The notes: generated from the sequence alone by a model not told the origin. A stretch of DNA of 38,620 nt from an uncultured Candidatus Saccharibacteria bacterium (GCA_964601935.1 CAZROP010000002.1:73299-111918); one strand, 5' to 3'; numbered from the stretch's first letter, positions 26,258-37,007 are shown. Made by a program: numbers and translations.

Positions 26258-26261
26258 TGGT

Positions 26262-27179
26262 ATGTCCTTCCAAACCATACTACTTCTTATATTCGCTGTG
26301 CTGTTCGTATTGTATCTCGCCATCGATCTTTTTGTCTTGTTCAAGAAGCCTCATCGGCCCACCTTACGGGAGTCATTGCTGCAAAGTGCATTTTGGATTG
26401 GGTGCGCGTTAGTGTTTGCAGGGCTGATTGCGTTGCAGTCAACATCAGATGCCGCATTATTCCTGTCTGCTTATATCACGGAAAAGACACTGTCATTCGA
26501 TAACTTGTTTGTAATACTTTTGATTTTTACCTATTTTGATATCGACGAAAAGTATCAGCATAAAATATTATTTTGGGGGATATTAGGTGCAGTTGTGTTG
26601 CGAGGTATTTTTATACTGCTTGGTGCACAGATCGTAGAAAACTTCCATTGGATTTTGTACGTGTTTGGATTGTTCCTGGTGTGGAGCGGTTACAAAATTT
26701 TGACGCAAAAAACTGAGCACGACGAAGACTTGGGCAAGAGCCGTATTTTGCGTACACTACGTCGCTATATTCCGCTATCGAATGCTGCACATCATGGACG
26801 GTTTTGGGTGCGTGAAAATGGCAAGCTGCTGTTCACCAGTATGTTTCTGACATTGTTAATGGTAGAGTTTTCGGATTTATTATTTGCGGTTGATTCTATT
26901 CCTGCTGTTTTTGCGATTACTAGTAATCCGTTTATTGTGTTTACGTCGAATATGTTTGCGATTATGGGGCTGCGTTCGTTGTATTTCGTGATCGAGCATT
27001 TTCTAAAAAAGTTTCACCTGCTGTCCAAAGGTCTTTCGATTGTTTTGATTTTTATCGGAGCAAAGGTGTTTACCCCGTTGATTGGATTTCATATTACTCC
27101 AGCAGTATCGTTGGCAGTACTGACAGCTATACTGGTGACGTCCATGGTTCTGTCGCTCTACATCCCAAAGAAAAATTAA
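26262..27179 (+). CDS. TerC-family integral membrane protein
   Basis: A polytopic protein with the paired TerC motifs (ITEKTLSFDNLFVILLIF and MVEFSDLLFAVDSIPAVFAIT). I trimmed the start to the ATG at 26262, 4 nt after the SET gene stop. Confidence 0.85.
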   Translation: MSFQTILLLIFAVLFVLYLAIDLFVLFKKPHRPTLRESLLQSAFWIGCALVFAGLIALQSTSDAALFLSAYITEKTLSFDNLFVILLIFTYFDIDEKYQHKILFWGILGAVVLRGIFILLGAQIVENFHWILYVFGLFLVWSGYKILTQKTEHDEDLGKSRILRTLRRYIPLSNAAHHGRFWVRENGKLLFTSMFLTLLMVEFSDLLFAVDSIPAVFAITSNPFIVFTSNMFAIMGLRSLYFVIEHFLKKFHLLSKGLSIVLIFIGAKVFTPLIGFHITPAVSLAVLTAILVTSMVLSLYIPKKN

Positions 27180-27213
27180 CCATAGAACCTTGTGCCAAAT
27201 CAAATGGTGTTTG

Positions 27214-27222
27214 TGCTATAGT
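27214..27222 (+). promoter_or_regulatory. Extended -10 element TGCTATAGT, 7 nt upstream of the msrB ATG
   Basis: Matches TGnTAnnnT. No Shine-Dalgarno sequence is present. Confidence 0.5.
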
Positions 27223-27229
27223 ATATTAT

Positions 27230-27637
27230 ATGTCCGATGATTACCAATCCAAGCTAACCCCTGAAGAATATCGTGTACTACGTCAGGCAGGTACAGAGGC
27301 TCCGTATTCAGGAACGTATCACGATATTTTCGAGGATGGCACCTATCGCTGCCGCGCCTGCGACGCGGCACTATTTCCGTCTACCGCTAAATACCATAGT
27401 GATATTCCTGGTTTAGCTGGTTGGCCATCGTTCGACGATGCTCTGCCTGGCGCAGTCGAATTTCGTCCGGACGATACCGGCGGAATGCACCGCACCGAGG
27501 TAGTGTGCACACAGTGCAAATCACACCTAGGTCATATATTCGACGATGCTGATGCAAAAACAGGAAAACATTATTGTATTAATTCTGTGTGTTTGGATTT
27601 AGAAAAGTCTGACAGGCCAGGCAGTCTTCCTTTATGA
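27230..27637 (+). CDS. msrB: Peptide-methionine (R)-S-oxide reductase MsrB
   Basis: Zinc CxxC pairs (CRACDAALF, CTQCKSHLGHIFDD), GWPSF, and RTEVVC. Confidence 0.93.
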   Translation: MSDDYQSKLTPEEYRVLRQAGTEAPYSGTYHDIFEDGTYRCRACDAALFPSTAKYHSDIPGLAGWPSFDDALPGAVEFRPDDTGGMHRTEVVCTQCKSHLGHIFDDADAKTGKHYCINSVCLDLEKSDRPGSLPL

Positions 27638-28182
27638 TGAAATCCAATCTTGTTCTCGCAGGCGGATGCTTCTGGTGTGTAGAGCATGACATGCGTCATG
27701 CAGTAGGAGTTATTGACGTAGATTCAGGATACGCATCCTCAGTCGAGCAGAACGTTGTTCCAAGCTACGAAAATCATAGCGGATTCCGTGAAGCAGTCAG
27801 AGTTCAGTATGATCCAGGGCAGACAAGTTTTAAAAAGTTAGTACAGTTTTTCCTGGACCATATTGACCCGACTGATGAGGGTGGGCAGTTTGCTGATAGG
27901 GGTGAATCATACAAATCAGCGATATATTTTAATTCAGCAGAAGAGCACCAGATAGCGCAGGGTTTGTTGGTAGAACTTGATGGCGCCCATCTGTACGATC
28001 AGCCGATCGTTACCGATATTCTACCGATGAACGCGTTCTATCCAGCAGAAGAATACCACCAGAATTACGCTGATAAGAACTCTTTTCACTATAGTATGTA
28101 TCGCCAGGGATCGGGGCGCGAAGACTTTGTAAGTCGTACTTGCCAGATTCGTGAAGAAAAGAATATGAAGTGGAGCAATTAA
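27634..28182 (+). CDS. msrA: Peptide-methionine (S)-S-oxide reductase MsrA
   Basis: The GGCFWCVE active site, and HQNY near the C-terminus. It overlaps msrB by 4 nt (ATGA). Confidence 0.93.
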   Translation: MMKSNLVLAGGCFWCVEHDMRHAVGVIDVDSGYASSVEQNVVPSYENHSGFREAVRVQYDPGQTSFKKLVQFFLDHIDPTDEGGQFADRGESYKSAIYFNSAEEHQIAQGLLVELDGAHLYDQPIVTDILPMNAFYPAEEYHQNYADKNSFHYSMYRQGSGREDFVSRTCQIREEKNMKWSN

Positions 28183-28281
28183 GAGTTTGACTTATTCTTT
28201 AATACATGATAATGTAATAACTGTCAAATACTAATTCGACCCTAAACGCGCTTTGGCGCAGTACTAATAAACTATATTTAT

Positions 28282-28857
28282 ATGAAAGATTTTAAAGGAG
28301 GCAAATTTGCCGGGAATAGAGATCGTGGCGGGGCACGTCCATCATTTGGAGGAGATCGACCGCGTTTTGGCGGAGGCTCATCATTCCGTGGTAGTGACCG
28401 TGGAGGATTCGGTGGTCGCGATAACCGTCCAGAGCAGCAGATGCATTCTGCTACTTGCGATGGATGCGGTAATTCATGCGAAGTACCATTTCGTCCAACA
28501 GGAGACAAGCCAGTATACTGTCGTGATTGTTTCAAGGGAACACCATTCGATCAGTCTAAAAACCACGCCCGCACAGGCGAATCAGTTCCGAGAACCGTAT
28601 CTTTCAAGCCTGAGATCCAGGTAAAGGACTCTCGTATCGATGATCTGAAGAAACAAGTAGACTTCTTGCATAGCAAGCTCGACCGAGTACTGCATGCAGT
28701 AGAGCTGATGGCTCGCACATCATTGGGTGCTGTTATCGCTGATACAAAGTCAGAAAGCGGTGCGGCAAAGCCTAAAAAGACCGCAGCTAAAAAGACTACT
28801 ACCAAAGTGGAAAAAGAATTAGCTTCGAAGAAAAAGGTAGTTGCAAAAAAGAAGTAA
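28282..28857 (+). CDS. RGG-repeat / CxxC-x17-CxxC zinc-ribbon / Lys-rich-tail protein (putative nucleic-acid-binding protein)
   Basis: N-terminal RGG/RG repeats (NRDRGGARPSFGGDRPRFGGGSSFRGSDRGGFGGRDN), the zinc ribbon CDGCGNSCEVPFRPTGDKPVYCRDC, a helical middle region, and the tail KPKKTAAKKTTTKVEKELASKKKVVAKKK. Confidence 0.7.
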   Translation: MKDFKGGKFAGNRDRGGARPSFGGDRPRFGGGSSFRGSDRGGFGGRDNRPEQQMHSATCDGCGNSCEVPFRPTGDKPVYCRDCFKGTPFDQSKNHARTGESVPRTVSFKPEIQVKDSRIDDLKKQVDFLHSKLDRVLHAVELMARTSLGAVIADTKSESGAAKPKKTAAKKTTTKVEKELASKKKVVAKKK

Positions 28858-28865
28858 CACAAAAA

Positions 28866-28897
28866 TAAAACCGCAGTTATATCTGCGGTTTTATTTT
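28866..28897 (+). terminator. Intrinsic terminator
   Basis: AAAACCGCAG - TTATAT - CTGCGGTTTT followed by ATTTTT. Confidence 0.85.
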
Positions 28898-28961
28898 TAT
28901 AGGTAATTTCATGGGTGATACTTTGATTATATCCCTGTTTTCGGGTAGTATTGGTATACCT

Positions 28962-30932
28962 ATGAAATTCTCGATTAACACCATTCAGAGCTATATCCAG
29001 GAGCCGTTGCCGTCGCCTGCAGAATTGGAGCAGCTATTTACTTTTCATCTGTGTGAGGTGGAGGGGCTGGAATCGTGTCCCGATGGAGACATGTTGATAG
29101 ATTTGAATATTCTTCCAAATAGGGCACACGATATGTTGGGCCATTATGGTGTTGCTCGCGAGCTGGCTGGACAGCTGGGGTTAACGCTCAAGCCTCTGTT
29201 GGTTGGAGTTAGTGGAGAGATATCGGAGCAGTCGAGTTTAGCTAGTGCCGATTACCTCAATAACCCAGTACGGGGATCCATTCAGACTGACAAGTGTACC
29301 CATTATATGGCGCGCAAGATCGAAGGGGTAATAGTAAGAGATTCTGAGCAAGTAATTATTGATGATTTGGCAAAACTGGGTCAGCGCTCCATCAATAATA
29401 TTGTTGATGCTACTAATACCGTCATGTTTTTGACAGGGCAGCCGACGCACGTGTTTGATGCAGATAAAATCACAGGAGGTATTACAGTTCGTATGGCGAT
29501 TGCTGGCGAAATGATTACGCTGCTCGATGGCAAAGAAATGGAACTCGATGAATCAGTGATGGTTATCGCAGACGATGTTGCAGTTCTAGCGATCGCGGGA
29601 ATAAAGGGCGGAAAACATGCAGAAGTAGACAGTAATACAAAAAATATAATCCTAGAGGTGGCGAATTTCGATGCTAGTACAATTCGCAAGACTGCTCAGA
29701 AGTTGGGATTACGCACAGACGCATCCTATCGATTCGAGCGCGATATATCGCCCAGCTTGTGTGGTAGTGCTATGGCAGCGCTGACAGGTTATATTATTGC
29801 AGTTGCCAGCGACTCTGTAGAGCCTTCTGCGATAGGGGGAACCGTTACAGACGTGTATCCGGTGCCACAACAAACCACTAGTATAGAATTTAACCTCGCA
29901 GATGTATCGCGGGTTGCAGGTGTAGATATAGGTAATGCAGACATCACAAACATGTTACAGCGATACGGATTTGCGTATGTGGAGCGCGATGGCAATTTTT
30001 CAGTCACTATTCCACTCTGGCGATTGGACCTGGTCGGACGCCACGACATGATAGAGGAGGTAATTCGTATTAGAGGAGTAGACAAGATCGTGCCAATTGC
30101 GCCGTCTATATTATCGCTGCAGCCTAACAAAGTGGAGGAATTAATAGCGTACATTCGCAGGCATTTACTAGGTGTAGGGTATAGCGAGGTGATGACCTAT
30201 TCGTTCCGCGATAGTGGTCAATCGCGCGTGCTGGCGAGTGCAGGGGACAAATCATATTTGCGTACCAGCCTAACGACAGGTATGCGAGAATCCCAGGACT
30301 TAAATGAGAGGAATAAAGACTTGCTAGGACTGGATATTGTTCGACAGTTTGAAATGGGTACAGTGTTTGGTAAAGATGATGAAGCTATTCATCTGTGTAT
30401 ATCAACGTCAGTAAAAAACAAACAAACACAGGGTGAGCCATGGAAAGTCCTGTCTGATATGTTGTATGATCTGGGCTTGACTGAAAAAATGATTCACGAA
30501 TGTTTAAGTACAGAGGACTGTATGCCGACAGGCGAGAACGTGAACTCTCAGTTTTTAATCGAGTGTAATCTATCCCGTGTAGTTGATTCCATCACAAGAA
30601 TCCCCCAATACGTTCAGGCGAGTATACCACCGGTACAGGTTATGCCATTTCGTCCATGGTCAAAGTATCCTTATATTACGCGTGATATCGCCGTATGGAC
30701 CCCTGAAGGTACCAACCCTGAAGTTCTTGAAAAACTATATACATCTGCTGCGGGAGAGTTACTAGCCTGCTCTCCGCGATTGGTGGATCAGTTCACCAAA
30801 GATGGCAGGACATCATATGCTTTCAGATTGGTATTCCAATCCTATGACCATACCCTGACTGATGCAGAGGTGGAGCCAGTGATGGCAGCAGTGACGCGAG
30901 CTGCGGTAGAACAGGGCTGGGAGGTGCGGTAG
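28962..30932 (+). CDS. pheT: Phenylalanine--tRNA ligase beta subunit, short form lacking the N-terminal OB-fold tRNA-binding domain
   Basis: It starts MKFSINTIQSYI, the typical PheT N-terminus, then goes directly to ...DLNILPNRAHDMLGHYGVARELA. This is followed by B3/4 and B5 regions, the catalytic-like core, and the FDX-ACB C-terminal domain (YPYITRDIAVW...SYAFRLVFQ). I trimmed the start from 28911. Confidence 0.88.
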   Translation: MKFSINTIQSYIQEPLPSPAELEQLFTFHLCEVEGLESCPDGDMLIDLNILPNRAHDMLGHYGVARELAGQLGLTLKPLLVGVSGEISEQSSLASADYLNNPVRGSIQTDKCTHYMARKIEGVIVRDSEQVIIDDLAKLGQRSINNIVDATNTVMFLTGQPTHVFDADKITGGITVRMAIAGEMITLLDGKEMELDESVMVIADDVAVLAIAGIKGGKHAEVDSNTKNIILEVANFDASTIRKTAQKLGLRTDASYRFERDISPSLCGSAMAALTGYIIAVASDSVEPSAIGGTVTDVYPVPQQTTSIEFNLADVSRVAGVDIGNADITNMLQRYGFAYVERDGNFSVTIPLWRLDLVGRHDMIEEVIRIRGVDKIVPIAPSILSLQPNKVEELIAYIRRHLLGVGYSEVMTYSFRDSGQSRVLASAGDKSYLRTSLTTGMRESQDLNERNKDLLGLDIVRQFEMGTVFGKDDEAIHLCISTSVKNKQTQGEPWKVLSDMLYDLGLTEKMIHECLSTEDCMPTGENVNSQFLIECNLSRVVDSITRIPQYVQASIPPVQVMPFRPWSKYPYITRDIAVWTPEGTNPEVLEKLYTSAAGELLACSPRLVDQFTKDGRTSYAFRLVFQSYDHTLTDAEVEPVMAAVTRAAVEQGWEVR

Positions 30933-30991
30933 GTTCTTGACATTGCAGAGGATATCCTGTATTGTTGTAATCAAACAAAATAAATAACATC

Positions 30992-31420
30992 ATGAAGAAA
31001 GTTATTGTTCTCACAAGTATCTTTTGGCTGGTTGTCGGAGCATGTATTGTCGGGTGGAATTACAGTCGTCCACAAAAATGTTGTCCCCAGGATTTGGGCA
31101 CTACTATTGTAACAATAGCCGGGGCTACGATTGCTACCAGTGTACCCTGTAGTACCACAGGAAAGTGTTGGACGGGTAACCTAATTGTGGCTACAGAGGA
31201 GGGATATCTTGTAGAGGTAGTACCGCCTCTTTCTGGCACCCTGTCTAATACAGAAGATGCCGACCAACCTTTAGACTTTACGCGCAAGCGGGGATACCCA
31301 GTTTACGCGCTGGTACACCTGAATTCTACTCACTGTAGCCCGACAAGAACAAACTTTGCATTCTTATACTATCAGAATCGCTCAGAGGCAGAGCGATTAC
31401 TACCAAAGCCAAAAAAATAG
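30992..31420 (+). CDS. Hypothetical membrane-anchored or secreted small protein
   Basis: N-terminal hydrophobic helix (VIVLTSIFWLVVGACIVGW) and several Cys residues. It contains no motif I recognise. A terminator follows. Confidence 0.45.
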   Translation: MKKVIVLTSIFWLVVGACIVGWNYSRPQKCCPQDLGTTIVTIAGATIATSVPCSTTGKCWTGNLIVATEEGYLVEVVPPLSGTLSNTEDADQPLDFTRKRGYPVYALVHLNSTHCSPTRTNFAFLYYQNRSEAERLLPKPKK

Positions 31421-31435
31421 ATTAATCTCTGGCCG

Positions 31436-31472
31436 GCTAGCATCCTTGGATAATCGGGGATGCTGGCTTTTT
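31436..31472 (+). terminator. Intrinsic terminator
   Basis: GCTAGCATCC - 12-nt loop - GGATGCTGGC followed by TTTTT. Confidence 0.8.
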
Positions 31473-31515
31473 CTATTACTCATTAATCATCGTTGGGCTA
31501 CATCGTTTCTAGCCC

Positions 31516-31543
31516 TTGAATATCTACAAAAAATAAGTATAGT
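31516..31543 (+). promoter_or_regulatory. Promoter TTGAAT, 16 nt, TATAGT; the -10 element ends 11 nt before the L25 ATG
   Basis: TTGAAT lies at 31516-31521 and TATAGT at 31538-31543. Confidence 0.5.
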
Positions 31544-31554
31544 GATTCTTATCT

Positions 31555-32190
31555 ATGAAATTTTCAGCACAATTACGTGACAAATCGCTACGTCTCGAGA
31601 AAATCCGTGAACAGGGGCTGGTCCCTGCTATCGTGTATGGCAATGGGCGCGAATCGCTCATGATTTCTCTGAATCATGTAGAATTTATCAAATTCTACAA
31701 GATCGCCGGCGAAACAACCGTCATTGATTTGGCGATTGATACAGTAGGGGTAGTACCAGTATTGGTACACGAGATCGCATATGATCCGCGTAACCACAAA
31801 TTGCAGCATGTGGACTTTTTAGCTATCGATATCAAATCAGCGGTGACCGTTAATGTTCCTGTGAATTATATCGGTGAATCTCCGGCAACTCGCGCTGGGC
31901 TAGGTGTTCTCAATACCTTGATAGACGAGGTAGAGATCGAGGTTATGCCTATGGATATTCCACAGCAGATCGATGTAGATTTATCAGGACTGGAAAACCT
32001 CGGTGACAGTATCCGTATTAGTGATCTGAAACTGCCAAAATCAGCCCAGGCAGTACAGGACGCAGATGTTGTTGTATGTGTTATCTCTGCTCTACAAACT
32101 GATGAGGAAGAGGAAGGCCCAACAGAAATTGACTTTGATTCTATAGAAGAAGTAAAGAAAGGTAAAAAAGAAGAATCTGAAGAAGAATAA
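31555..32190 (+). CDS. rplY: 50S ribosomal protein L25 / general stress protein Ctc (long form) with an acidic tail
   Basis: R..G.VPAIVYG......I.L....F........ETTVIDL......VLVHEIAYDP.....QHVDF is the L25/Ctc signature. The C-terminal tail is Glu-rich. Confidence 0.9.
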   Translation: MKFSAQLRDKSLRLEKIREQGLVPAIVYGNGRESLMISLNHVEFIKFYKIAGETTVIDLAIDTVGVVPVLVHEIAYDPRNHKLQHVDFLAIDIKSAVTVNVPVNYIGESPATRAGLGVLNTLIDEVEIEVMPMDIPQQIDVDLSGLENLGDSIRISDLKLPKSAQAVQDADVVVCVISALQTDEEEEGPTEIDFDSIEEVKKGKKEESEEE

Positions 32191-32195
32191 CCTAA

Positions 32196-32226
32196 AAAAT
32201 CTCCCCTGCACGGGAGATTTTTATTT
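32196..32226 (+). terminator. Intrinsic terminator
   Basis: AAAATCTCCC - CTGCAC - GGGAGATTTT followed by TATTT. Confidence 0.85.
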
Positions 32227-32432
32227 CGTGTCATCCTGAGCTTGTTTTATTGAAAGGTATACCCTTGTGGTACAGGATCCATAGACTGTAACTTTGAGAC
32301 TAAGCTAAGTAGTATTGTAATCTCTGTAGACCCTGAAATAAATTCAGGGTGACAGAAACTTTGTTAGTATACTTTCCTCTCTAAGGGGAACAAGAGTCTG
32401 TGGACGCTCACTGTCACAAATAGATATCATTC

Positions 32433-32441
32433 TGGTATACT
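32433..32441 (+). promoter_or_regulatory. Extended -10 element TGGTATACT, 10 nt upstream of the ATG at 32452
   Basis: Matches TGnTAnnnT. No Shine-Dalgarno sequence is present. Confidence 0.5.
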
Positions 32442-32451
32442 ACATGTATAT

Positions 32452-33810
32452 ATGCATATAATTCGTAGTATTGTAGTGTGTAGCTTGTTTATATCATTGT
32501 TAGGAATTCCTGTGATACCTGTTATCGCACAGACTGCTACTAATACTGCAGAGCGTGCACAGCTACAGGCAGAACTGGAGAAAATAGAGGCAGAAATCAA
32601 AGAAAAAGAGAAAGAGCTCAGCACTCAAAAACAGCAAACAGGCGGTATAAAACGCGACCTGGCCGTAATCCAAAAGGAAATAGAGGGTAAAAAACTGGAA
32701 ATTCAAAAGAAAAATACTCTACTGCAGCGCCTGGGAGGCGAAATCAAAGAAAAAGATGAGACAATACAGGATCTCTCTGCAGAGTTATCGCGTGAACAGC
32801 AGTCATTAGCACGATTACTACGCAAGCAGCAATTGTTGGAAACATATTCTCTGGCAGAGGTGTTGTTGGCAGGGGATACCTTTGCTGAATTCTTCCAGGA
32901 TATCTATGCTTTTGCTGATTTAAAGGCAGGTTTGACCCAGTCATTTCAAAAGATAAAGCAGATACAGGCATTGACCGCAGAGGAAAAAGCACAGTTACTC
33001 GAACGTAAAGACGAGGAAGACAAAGTGAAAGTTGCCTTAGAGAAAGACAAAAAAGTAGTGGAGGTAAAAAAGAAAGAAACAGACGTTCTGTTAAAGGTCA
33101 GTACCACCAAGGAAAAAGAATATGAAACCCTGATCGCAGAACGCAAAGCAAAAGCAACACAAATCCGAGCACGATTGTTTAGTTTGTTGGAGGTCAAGGG
33201 TGGTGGCATCGCATTCGGCGAGGCAGTAAAACTGGCAAAAGCAGCAGGAGAACTGACAGGTGTGCGTCCTGCGTTTATCCTGGGTATTTTGCAGCAGGAA
33301 ACAGGAATCGGGAAAAACGTGGGGCGCTGCTATATGACAGATCCTGAGACAGGTAACGGAACCACTATAGCTGGGAAGTTTGTAAAGGCGGTAATGAAGC
33401 AATCTCGTGATGTCGAGCCCTTTTTGGCAATCACAAAGCGTCTGAACAAGGATTTTGCAACGACTGCAGTGTCGTGCCCCATCGCGGGTAGTGGATATGG
33501 TGGAGCTATGGGGCCGAGTCAGTTTATCCCGAGTACTTGGGAATATATTGAGCCTCAGCTAGAAAAGAAGCTTGGTGTTGATGCTGCGAATCCTTGGATA
33601 CCACTGCATGCATTTACGGCAACTGCTGTATACGTAGCAAATTTGGGTGCGAGTGCCAAGACTTACGACGCGGAGCGTAATGCAGCCTGCAAGTACTATT
33701 CGGGGCGCGTTTGTAATTCACCTGGTGTGCGCAATGCATTCTATGGTAATTCCGTTATGTCTCATGCAGATGGTTTCCAGGATGATATCGAATTGTTGGA
33801 TGAGAATTAG
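32452..33810 (+). CDS. Secreted coiled-coil protein with a C-terminal lytic transglycosylase (SLT_2/MltB-like) domain
   Basis: Signal-like N-terminus and about 230 aa of heptad-rich, Lys/Glu/Gln coiled coil. This is followed by AFILGILQQETGIGKN (catalytic Glu context) and GGAMGPSQFIPSTW, which is typical of MltB-like transglycosylases. Confidence 0.7.
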   Translation: MHIIRSIVVCSLFISLLGIPVIPVIAQTATNTAERAQLQAELEKIEAEIKEKEKELSTQKQQTGGIKRDLAVIQKEIEGKKLEIQKKNTLLQRLGGEIKEKDETIQDLSAELSREQQSLARLLRKQQLLETYSLAEVLLAGDTFAEFFQDIYAFADLKAGLTQSFQKIKQIQALTAEEKAQLLERKDEEDKVKVALEKDKKVVEVKKKETDVLLKVSTTKEKEYETLIAERKAKATQIRARLFSLLEVKGGGIAFGEAVKLAKAAGELTGVRPAFILGILQQETGIGKNVGRCYMTDPETGNGTTIAGKFVKAVMKQSRDVEPFLAITKRLNKDFATTAVSCPIAGSGYGGAMGPSQFIPSTWEYIEPQLEKKLGVDAANPWIPLHAFTATAVYVANLGASAKTYDAERNAACKYYSGRVCNSPGVRNAFYGNSVMSHADGFQDDIELLDEN

Positions 33811-33891
33811 TATTAGTTGGTTCTTGCGCATGAGTGTGATAGGATTGATCTAAATTTCTTTAACTCATTAATTCACAAAAATCTCAAAGAG

Positions 33892-34737
33892 ATGCAACAG
33901 TACCATGACCTCCTTCGTCACATCCTCGAGCACGGCGTACACAAAGACGACCGCACAGGAACTGGCACCCTTAGTGTATTCGGCTACCAAATGCGGTTTA
34001 ATCTGACAGAAGGTTTCCCCTTGTTAACCACAAAAAGGCTACCTATAAGAGCTATCATTCTCGAATTACTCTGGTTCTTACGAGGTGACACCAATATTCG
34101 TTGGCTACAAGATCGTGGGGTTACTATTTGGGACGAGTGGGCAGATGAAGCCGGGAATTTAGGTCCTGTGTACGGTAAGCAATGGCGGAGCTGGGATGCT
34201 CCTACATGGGTCCCAACCTATAAGAGCGAGAACGGTTACGTTGAAGGCCATTGGTCTGTTCAGCCAATTGATCAGATCCGTCAGGTTGTGGAAATGATTT
34301 GCAAGAATCCTGACAGTCGAAGATTGATTGTGGCGGCATGGAATCCTGCGGACATTGACTCTATGAAATTACCGCCTTGCCATTGTCTATTTCAGTTCTA
34401 TGTGGCCAATGGGAGACTCTCCTGTCAGTTGTACCAGCGGAGTGCCGATGTATTTCTCGGTCTACCGTTTAATATCGCATCCTACTCGCTGTTAACCATG
34501 ATGATTGCCCAGGTTTGTGGTCTTCGCCCCGGCGAATTCATCTGGACTGGTGGTGACACGCATCTATATGTCAACCATTTAGAGCAAGTGAATTTGCAGC
34601 TTTCCCGCGATCCGCGCCCGCTGCCCACGCTGCGCCTCAATCCTGAAGTAAAGGATATTTTCGCCTTTCAATTCGAAGATTTCGAATTACTGAACTACGA
34701 TCCGCATCCATCCATTAAGGCGCCTGTAGCGGTGTAG
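33892..34737 (+). CDS. thyA: Thymidylate synthase ThyA
   Basis: [40 protein letters not shown] (catalytic Cys), and [17 protein letters not shown] trimmed the start to the ATG at 33892. Confidence 0.95.
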   Translation: MQQYHDLLRHILEHGVHKDDRTGTGTLSVFGYQMRFNLTEGFPLLTTKRLPIRAIILELLWFLRGDTNIRWLQDRGVTIWDEWADEAGNLGPVYGKQWRSWDAPTWVPTYKSENGYVEGHWSVQPIDQIRQVVEMICKNPDSRRLIVAAWNPADIDSMKLPPCHCLFQFYVANGRLSCQLYQRSADVFLGLPFNIASYSLLTMMIAQVCGLRPGEFIWTGGDTHLYVNHLEQVNLQLSRDPRPLPTLRLNPEVKDIFAFQFEDFELLNYDPHPSIKAPVAV

Positions 34738-34809
34738 TCTGTCCAAAGGGCTCACTTCTAGACCCGTTTTTATACTTATTTTTATTACAGAGACGCTCAC
34801 AGACAATAC

Positions 34810-34837
34810 TTGCGTAGCTATAAAAAATGTGTATAGT
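34810..34837 (+). promoter_or_regulatory. Candidate 16S rRNA promoter TTGCGT, 16 nt, TATAGT
   Basis: TTGCGT lies at 34810-34815 and TATAGT at 34832-34837. It is upstream of the processing-stem leader. Confidence 0.4.
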
Positions 34838-34900
34838 AGTCCCTGTTCTGGTATAGGTTCGGAGCAATCCGAACCTTGTCCTTAACACTTGAAACTGAAC

Positions 34901-34998
34901 ATCCAAATAGCCTAAATGTAATCACTAAAAAATAGACTTTATCCAGGTCTATTTCAAAGGAATTGAATACTTTGTTCATCTTTTGTTTTGCTTTATGG
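34901..34998 (+). other. 5' leader strand of the 16S processing stem
   Basis: 34901-34913 (ATCCAAATAGCCT) is perfectly complementary to 36945-36957. 34971-34998 is complementary to 36913-36939, with a few mismatches and G-U pairs. Confidence 0.7.
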
Positions 34999-35060
34999 AG
35001 TCTGATTTTGTCGATGTTCTCTAGGAAGAACCTCTCAATATGTCAATTTCAAATAGATTC

Positions 35061-36708
<1,648 letters not shown>

Positions 36709-36911
36709 AAACGGAATAACCTAATAGATTTCTGAATTGCCCTGACACTTGCAACACAGTGTTAACGATTCACACTTTAGGGATTGGCGATAGTTACTTT
36801 CTTGAAGTAATTGAACTCTGATACTATGTTCTCAAACTAGTATTCGCATCAGCAATAGCGTTATGGCTGGCAAAGACCAGGATTGTGCACGATGTACAGC
36901 TGCATAATATG

Positions 36912-36957
36912 GCCGTAAAGCAAAACAAAAGGTGAAGAACAAAAAGGCTATTTGGAT
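36912..36957 (+). other. 3' trailer strand of the 16S processing stem
   Basis: It is complementary to 34901-34913 and 34971-34998, as described for the leader-strand feature. Confidence 0.7.
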
Positions 36958-36964
36958 GAAAATC

Positions 36965-36994
36965 AAAAATCACCAGAAATGGTGATTTTTATTA
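36965..36994 (+). terminator. Intrinsic terminator ending the 16S transcription unit
   Basis: AAAAATCACC - AGAAAT - GGTGATTTTT followed by ATTAT. Confidence 0.8.
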
Positions 36995-37007
36995 TCTGTA
37001 TTAAATT

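Noticed and set aside
26258-26261. yybP-ykoY (manganese) riboswitch, often found upstream of terC-family genes
   Set aside because: Only 4 nt separate the SET gene stop from the terC start, so there is no room for a riboswitch.
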